This document shows positions 59,101 to 64,000 of a stretch of 64,000 nt of DNA, piece after piece. The stretch is from Phycisphaeraceae bacterium (lineage in GTDB: Bacteria > Planctomycetota > Phycisphaerae > Phycisphaerales > Phycisphaeraceae): assembly GCA_963674705.1 (NCBI GenBank), contig OY771506.1, forward strand, positions 1,952,001 to 2,016,000. Reading direction: 5' to 3'. A program made the translations under genes and the position numbers. Each line of letters starts with the position of its first letter. The stretch's first letter is position 1. Below the pieces are notes generated by a model. That model was not told where the DNA came from and searched no databases. It saw only the letters and a list, made by a program, of their open reading frames with translations.

Positions 59101-60431
59101 CCAACAGGTCGCTCGATGTGGACATTATCGATTCTCAAGCCGGTTCGACCGATCTCATCTTGTCTACCATGACCTTAGAGGATAATTTGATCAGGCTCTA
59201 CCTGGGTGGCAATAATGACTACACCGGTACGACCTATATCAACGGTGGGATCAGGGCCTATTTAAGAACCGCCAACGCGATACCGGTTGGAGGGGATGTC
59301 GTCATTAATGGGGGTTTATGTAATACATATTCTGCTTCGCAGACCGTGGAATTTGGAAACCTCACGCTTCGTAATGGCGGGATCATGAGTTCTGGTCTAC
59401 CCGGCGGTTTTCAGGCCGAACAGATCAACGTTGAGTCGGGGAAAATCGAGGGCGGGCTCAGAGGCGACGCGCCGCTTATCAAGACGACGACGGGCACGTT
59501 GATTATGAGTTCTTCCAGATCAGACGGCGCCGACTATGATTATCGAGGCGCTATCGATATCTATAACGGCATCTTGATTGCAGAGGATTCATACGTGTTG
59601 GGGTCCGGCGTCGTGACACTTCATGAGGGGGGGCGGTTGGTCATCGAGCAAGAAGTCACCTACGGGAATCTTGTGATGAATGGCGGTGATCTGGCAAATG
59701 GTTATGGAGATAGCATATTTGAGGGCCCGATCGAAGTGGTCGATGATTCGCGAGTCTTGACATTCCATGGGCTCGCCGGGTCAACAAACCGTAATAGTAA
59801 CAGCTACGCTATCGCGCCCTCCGCGATGGATGTTCATCTGGCGGGTGATGTGACAATCGCATCCGCTAAAACATTGTCAACATTAGGTGAAGGTGAATTG
59901 ACAATCAGCGGGAGCCTGATACTCCATGACAACGCTGCGCTCGACGGCGTGGCGCTCGTTGAACCACAATCTGGAAAACGCGTACAAGGCACCGGCACGA
60001 TTGTTGGCGACGTGGTTGTTGGAGATGGCGCATACCTGATCCCCGGCTTCAGTGCCGGAACCCTCACAATCGATGGCGATTACACACAACTGCTTAATGC
60101 CATCATGCAGATAGAAATCGGTGGGACGGCTGTCGATGAGTATGACCAACTGGTTGTCAGCGGTATGTTCCTCGCAGGCGGTGTGTTCGAGTTGTCACTG
60201 ATTAATGGATACGTCCCACGATACGGCGATGTGTTCGATATTCTGGACTTCAGCGGGTTAGTGCCCGGTAGTAAATTTGACGAGTACCACTTGCCCGGGC
60301 TTGATCCGGGTATGACCTGGGACACATCCGACCTGCTGATCACCGGCGAAGTCCGAGTCGTGCCTGAGCCAACATGCAGCATGATAATGGTCCTTGCTTT
60401 AGTTCTATCGTGTCGACGTCGTAGGCGGTAG
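56190..60431 (+). CDS. Large autotransporter-associated beta-strand-repeat (beta-helix) protein with PEP-CTERM tail
   Basis: Signal peptide; repeated KxGxGxxxLxGxNTYTGxTxV units; PGFSAGTLTIDGDY; VPEP tail; AGGAG RBS before 56190. Confidence 0.9.
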   Translation: MSYRFNCNYIATFSAVLALLVAQSSYAVVATWDDGGADPYWSTPENWVGDVVPPNDGTADILFDQKPNPYPETTVPWSINSLELLLDYYDGFTLSGEPITLGGGGITTSISESYQNAGTTIYNSFNLSSPQTWQIGKERFELSGNITADGHHLTIDNTYEVVLSGTNDFSGGLSKQGPGMLYFNSTPTVSGPIIINEGSVSIPTPTSSGVILNGGGIDLRSDADIALLIAPGSTTGTLTWNNQGSITFGGTNILDIGALGITGPLRLGSNGSSSIDSSAALIPDPVSKTLYFGAGSHELTLNNVLEDSPAGPTNVDYDGPGRTVLNGINTYTGLTTVSSGRVTANTPESFGSNLSPTILDGGEIILNAYSDEPFVVNGGSLVASKNAGSTIDIAGGRVELSGAVLDPVFTNTINASGGYLKYYIGRTTGTVVGPINLIGGGEFTIEDSSYQGKGTLIFNNTISGDGTIIFYSADNTIVNTTMTHTGDVVIGNYSQSVTFAQTQAFGGDLIIDGGVLNNNAPNTIPDLIILNGGVLEGSAPLTVLNPSINIAAGHRNTINIPGGLVGVDEFRMDAFYDIRLLDFGTLSNPSVDLQKGRLVIAAAAAEAINGPIRIPDGAFAEVGIIGNQPVMADIDLNNSTGISFSGALTDENTCYIGGTVSLGTVGAYIGGTDDHGTSSEADSIYISGRISGGDLTKVGTNWLRITGADNTYTGATIVQSGELIVQGEGHLSTTEAIYVHGDGRFVVGNDSDSGNQDWVADHIPVVLDNGIVQLRHYTYQKLPDIDETFGPLRAASGTGMVLLDGSGSGGSNGEMSLRFAKLERQNTAALIFDSPGGYLGTGDGKSVYFTEEPDLTNGIIGPWAIVSNPSYNRYDFATYDSVKGVGALSATGRPEDINAASITDHVRIVSSAEMSADRQVYSLNIDASVDLGGHTLSIESGGLILDGGSISNGKLTGGSGSHPELYVFAAPNRSLDVDIIDSQAGSTDLILSTMTLEDNLIRLYLGGNNDYTGTTYINGGIRAYLRTANAIPVGGDVVINGGLCNTYSASQTVEFGNLTLRNGGIMSSGLPGGFQAEQINVESGKIEGGLRGDAPLIKTTTGTLIMSSSRSDGADYDYRGAIDIYNGILIAEDSYVLGSGVVTLHEGGRLVIEQEVTYGNLVMNGGDLANGYGDSIFEGPIEVVDDSRVLTFHGLAGSTNRNSNSYAIAPSAMDVHLAGDVTIASAKTLSTLGEGELTISGSLILHDNAALDGVALVEPQSGKRVQGTGTIVGDVVVGDGAYLIPGFSAGTLTIDGDYTQLLNAIMQIEIGGTAVDEYDQLVVSGMFLAGGVFELSLINGYVPRYGDVFDILDFSGLVPGSKFDEYHLPGLDPGMTWDTSDLLITGEVRVVPEPTCSMIMVLALVLSCRRRRR

Positions 60432-60578
60432 TATTCTTGCCCGTCCTCCGCGATTAGTAAACAAGATACGATGCATGCAATTTGAGATGGCTCTGGTATT
60501 GTGGAACTCTGTTTGACTGTTTTGAGCGTGTTTTTGCGCAGCAGACAAATTATGAGAAACTCTGGTGTTTTGTTTGCT

Positions 60579-62067
60579 TGTGTCGGCCCAGCGGCTTGTG
60601 ACTTGGGTTAACGACAGATTATCCCCATGGTTCTACGAACAGCAGCTATGATTAAGTGAGGGCAGGTCTTATCTATGATGTAGGTTTCTCATTCGGGAAG
60701 CTTGCATGCAGCTACTGAATAACACCGCAGCCCTTAGGATCATCGATAGCGTCGCCATCGTCTTGGGACAAGCCATGCAACTTGCGCGGGCACGGGTAGC
60801 GTCTGTGGGCTCATCGGTGCTCAGGATGATGGCGGAGCGGGATCACGCACATGGCGAGTCAGATCTGCTGCGGCGTGAGTTGGAGGTCTTCCGAGCCCAG
60901 CGTGAGAACATGCAACCTCACAAACGACCGGAGTACCCACCCGAGCAAAGACTGGCGATCCTGCAGATCATGAGGCTGCGGGGCTGGAACGCGGTCGTTA
61001 CGGCCAAACGGTTCGTGCTTCATCCGAATACCGTCCGCGCCTGGGTTCAGGCCGTGGAGGGGCGTCGTGAATCGGGTCGTCTGTTGGGTGATCTACCGTG
61101 GAACAGGGTCCATGATGCGGTACGTTGGGCGGTCCATGAATTACGTCGTCTTTGCCCTGAACCAGAGATCGGCACCCGAACGGTCGCCAGGCATCTGCTT
61201 CGCTCTGGCATTCAGATCAGCCGGAGCACGGTGCAGCGGGTATCACGTGAAGAGAAGCCACCAAGCCCCAGGCGATCGCGAGCCGGGATGCTGGAAGCGG
61301 CGGGGGCCCAACCGCGTCATCTGCTGGCACCGGTGTCTCCTAACGAGGTCTGGCATCTGGACTTGGCTGAACTTCGTATCGTGCGGTTCCGCTATACGAT
61401 TGCAGCGCTACTGGACGGCTACTCAAGGAAGCTCTTGGCACTCAAGGTCTACCAGAGCTCTCCGAACAGCGCTGACATAGTTGGTCTCATGCGGGATACG
61501 ATCCACCGGTTCGGATCACCGAGATTCCTCATCACGGATCATGAATGTCAGTTCAGGTGGCGCTTCCGCACAGAAGTGGGGGAGCTGAACGTGAAAGTCG
61601 TTCGGGGCCGGGTGCGTTGTCCGGCGTTCAACGGCAAAGTCGAGCGGTTCTTTAAGACCTTACGTACATGGCAACGCCGGACCTTCCTGCCGCTGAGCCT
61701 GTCGGGTATTCAGCGGAAGCTGGATGTGTTTCTTTACTGGTACAACACCGAGAGACCACACCAGGGGATCAAAGGGCTGACGCCAAACGAGGCTTGGGCG
61801 GGTGAAACGCTGACTGGCTCGATCGCGTTCCGGTCAGCAAGAAGCGTATCGCCTCGCATCCGTATCAGACGGCGTTCATGCCGTGGCGACCCGTGCCTAC
61901 CGTCGATCCGTGTCCGTGTTGCCACCTAGAAAACCAATCCACGAAGACGCCGAACCTCATCGGATGCGCGGTGGCTGCGTCTTTGCCTCGCCACGGGACT
62001 TCTACGTGTGTCAAAGAGCCATCGAAAATGCCTCGATTATGCAGTCACAAACCGTCGGGCCACTACA
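60579..62067 (+). mobile_element. IS481-like insertion sequence
   Basis: 25-bp imperfect terminal repeats (19/25) at 60579-60603 and 62043-62067 with TGT...ACA ends; single transposase; no target duplication seen. Confidence 0.65.
60706..61929 (+). CDS. DDE transposase / integrase core (rve) protein
   Basis: HTH region; VWHLD, LITDH, NGKVERFFKTL and YNTERPHQ motifs. Confidence 0.9.
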   Translation: MQLLNNTAALRIIDSVAIVLGQAMQLARARVASVGSSVLRMMAERDHAHGESDLLRRELEVFRAQRENMQPHKRPEYPPEQRLAILQIMRLRGWNAVVTAKRFVLHPNTVRAWVQAVEGRRESGRLLGDLPWNRVHDAVRWAVHELRRLCPEPEIGTRTVARHLLRSGIQISRSTVQRVSREEKPPSPRRSRAGMLEAAGAQPRHLLAPVSPNEVWHLDLAELRIVRFRYTIAALLDGYSRKLLALKVYQSSPNSADIVGLMRDTIHRFGSPRFLITDHECQFRWRFRTEVGELNVKVVRGRVRCPAFNGKVERFFKTLRTWQRRTFLPLSLSGIQRKLDVFLYWYNTERPHQGIKGLTPNEAWAGETLTGSIAFRSARSVSPRIRIRRRSCRGDPCLPSIRVRVAT

Positions 62068-62316
62068 CGGTTACAATCGATCGGGTGCCTTCAAAACAGG
62101 CAAGAGCATAACGTGTTGTGCCTAACCGTTTAATACTATCTGGCGTTTTAACCCAATGTAATACTTTTGTGGCAGATCAAGTCCATACCGGGTCCGTTAC
62201 CCGCAAGAGGCTGAATAATCTTCATGCATGGATGAGCACGCTTTTGCCTATACGAATGTTAAGACGCTCGAGGTTCGAGCGAGGTCGTGTTGTTCTTAAC
62301 AGGTTTGGACTAGACC

Positions 62317-62697
62317 TTATCTTGATTTCATTTCACGGTGACATGGCGATTGGGCTAGAGTGAAAACCAACACTTCTTCACCCGTGACGGTGCTAACATC
62401 GTGATGAAGACTCACAACCTTAGTACCAGTTATGTCGCTTATCATGGCTTCCATCAGCGGACGCGCGGTTTCAATCAGGTGCGTCCGTACCTGCTTGAGT
62501 AAATCCCGCCCCTTCTCCGAGGGCAGCGTTTTAACCAAGTGCTGCTCCGCGGCGGTCAAGACACCCTCAAGCCGGACTACAAGAAAGTCCCGGATCAAAT
62601 GTGCGCGAATACCTTTAGGCCCCCGCCCCATGTAATCCTGTTCAAAACGGCTAATCGCTTCGCAGACTGCGGCCTCAATTTCGCCTAGCGTTTTCAT
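62317..62697 (-). CDS. DUF2294 (MpsC-like) protein
   Basis: YMGRGPKG, GVLTAAEQHL and VSLHHDVSTVTGE pattern. Confidence 0.85.
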   Translation of the reverse strand: MKTLGEIEAAVCEAISRFEQDYMGRGPKGIRAHLIRDFLVVRLEGVLTAAEQHLVKTLPSEKGRDLLKQVRTHLIETARPLMEAMISDITGTKVVSLHHDVSTVTGEEVLVFTLAQSPCHREMKSR

Positions 62698-62879
62698 GAT
62701 TGCCTCGGTTGCGTGATTCAATATTGACGTAACATCTGTGAAATCAATGAGACGTGGCTTGCCGGACCCAATAATACCGCCACCACATTGATATGTCCTC
62801 TGGTACTTATTTTACCCAATATCAAACGGGATTACTTGATATGACTTGCTTTCCCAAACAAGCCCGCTATTGTGTAGAT

Positions 62880-63022
62880 AGTGTCGAAGCCAAGGCGGTG
62901 CTATATCGGTTTCGATATCGGATGACTAGGTAAAGGGCAGACCGAATAAGAGGTAGGCCCGTTGACAAGTAAGCCGATGTGGTTCACCACCCCCAGGGTG
63001 CGGAACCACATCGGCTTTTTTT
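62880..63022 (+). promoter_or_regulatory. Structured 5' leader with alternative terminator/antiterminator (attenuator or riboswitch candidate)
   Basis: Promoter-like TTGCTT-N16-TATTGT (62846-62873); hairpins at 62903-62918 and 62935-62960; terminator at 62971-63022, upstream of the gene start at 63110. Confidence 0.55.
62971..63022 (+). terminator. Intrinsic terminator located in a 5' leader
   Basis: 15-bp perfect arms AAGCCGATGTGGTTC / GAACCACATCGGCTT with a T7 tract. Confidence 0.85.
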
Positions 63023-63109
63023 CTTGCTGATATCAGTGACTGTTCAGGATGCCTACAAAGCAAGAAATTTCTTTGATTGCAGGTCATCAACGTACAAAAG
63101 GAACCCGTC

Positions 63110-63388
63110 ATGTCCACGATGAACGCGCCGACACTTCAGCCAGCAGGTAGTGACAACCGGTGGGAACATATCGGTGAAAGCCAGGGCTGTGCCAACCACG
63201 ACCATGACATTGTGCATGAGTTGAGTCGGCGCCTAGACGCCGTCTGGCGATACGACCAGTTCATCGCTAACGCGGAAGGTCGTGAAGCACTTCAGTCGTG
63301 CTGGAGAGAATTCAAGGAGCATGATATGCAGAGCATCATGCGTCTGAAGGCGATTTTGAAGAATGAGATTATGAATGGCTGTTTCTGA
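63110..63388 (+). CDS. Small helical hypothetical protein (half-ferritin-like)
   Basis: 92 aa; HDIVHELSRRLDAVWRYDQFIANA two-helix pattern; AAGGA RBS. Confidence 0.7.
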   Translation: MSTMNAPTLQPAGSDNRWEHIGESQGCANHDHDIVHELSRRLDAVWRYDQFIANAEGREALQSCWREFKEHDMQSIMRLKAILKNEIMNGCF

Positions 63389-63429
63389 CTCGTATTGATC
63401 ATTTGTGACAATAACCAAAGCAGGATGCG

Positions 63430-63819
63430 ATGAATGAGAACCGACTGACGATGGTCCAGCAGGTGGCAAGGGCAGCCAGTATCTACCAACAACAGCAAAC
63501 CGGTCATGCTCCTAAGAGAGTAACCGTCGTATTGGGCGAGGGGACGCTGGTAATCACGCTACACGGTGCTCTTACTCCCGCAGAACAGGCTTTGGCTGTG
63601 AATCCGGCTGGCGCCGCGGAGGTGCAGAACTTCCATCGTCAACTCTTCGCCAATAGTTCCGATTCACTAAGGAAGGAGATTGAAGCGATCACCGGAATAG
63701 ATATACGTGATGCGGCCTTGGAGGTTGAAACATCGACCGGGTCCGTGTTACACGCCTTCTCCGGCGGCACCGTGGTTCAGGTATTTCTGATGGCTGAGAA
63801 TCTGTCTGTGGAAATATGA
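63430..63819 (+). CDS. DUF2294 (MpsC-like) protein
   Basis: TGHAPKRVTV, LHGALTPAEQAL and LRKEIEAITG pattern; paralog of 62317..62697. Confidence 0.8.
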   Translation: MNENRLTMVQQVARAASIYQQQQTGHAPKRVTVVLGEGTLVITLHGALTPAEQALAVNPAGAAEVQNFHRQLFANSSDSLRKEIEAITGIDIRDAALEVETSTGSVLHAFSGGTVVQVFLMAENLSVEI

Positions 63820-64000
63820 GATGCGGTAACAGAGGACACGCCGCCGGATCCCAACACGGGGTGATTGGATGGGGCATGTTATCACGGATTCGCAGCAAGA
63901 CGGTCGATGCCATCCATTGACAGCGGGCATTCACCCAATTCTCCCGGGCGCAAGATAATTCAGGTAACGGTACGCCGCGATAGTTAAATCGAATTTGTCT

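Noticed and set aside
1..64000. rRNA, tRNA and CRISPR arrays
   Set aside because: No recognisable rRNA segments, tRNA cloverleafs or regularly spaced repeat-spacer arrays were seen by eye.

Overview
A 64-kb GC-rich chromosomal window whose gene content (many PEP-CTERM proteins with dockerin-like repeats, prepilin-type/H-X9-DG proteins, DUF1570-like and DUF2294-like genes) points to a Planctomycete, probably Phycisphaerae (inference). In order, it holds: (1) a minus-strand operon with a helical-repeat protein, a wHTH/SWIM-finger protein, a ~186-nt msr-msd-like ncRNA closed by a ~25-bp inverted repeat, and a retron-type reverse transcriptase; (2) scattered hydrolases; (3) a LacI-linked beta-mannan locus (GH5, 2-epimerase, GH130, sugar ABC, GH26); (4) a low-GC three-gene operon ending in a PIN-like protein; (5) two apparently identical 1270-bp IS3-family copies in inverted orientation whose target duplications are swapped, implying that the 7-kb porin/NitT-TauT ABC/GH43 segment between them is inverted and that the PIN operon has been separated from its promoter; (6) a paralogous, probably alpha-mannan/alpha-glycan locus (two GH99/71-like enzymes, GH130-like enzyme, paralogous ABC, LacI); (7) a large autotransporter-repeat PEP-CTERM protein, an IS481-like element, and two divergent DUF2294 genes with an attenuator/riboswitch-like leader. 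No rRNA, tRNA or CRISPR array was seen. All family calls come from reading motifs by eye, not from database searches.
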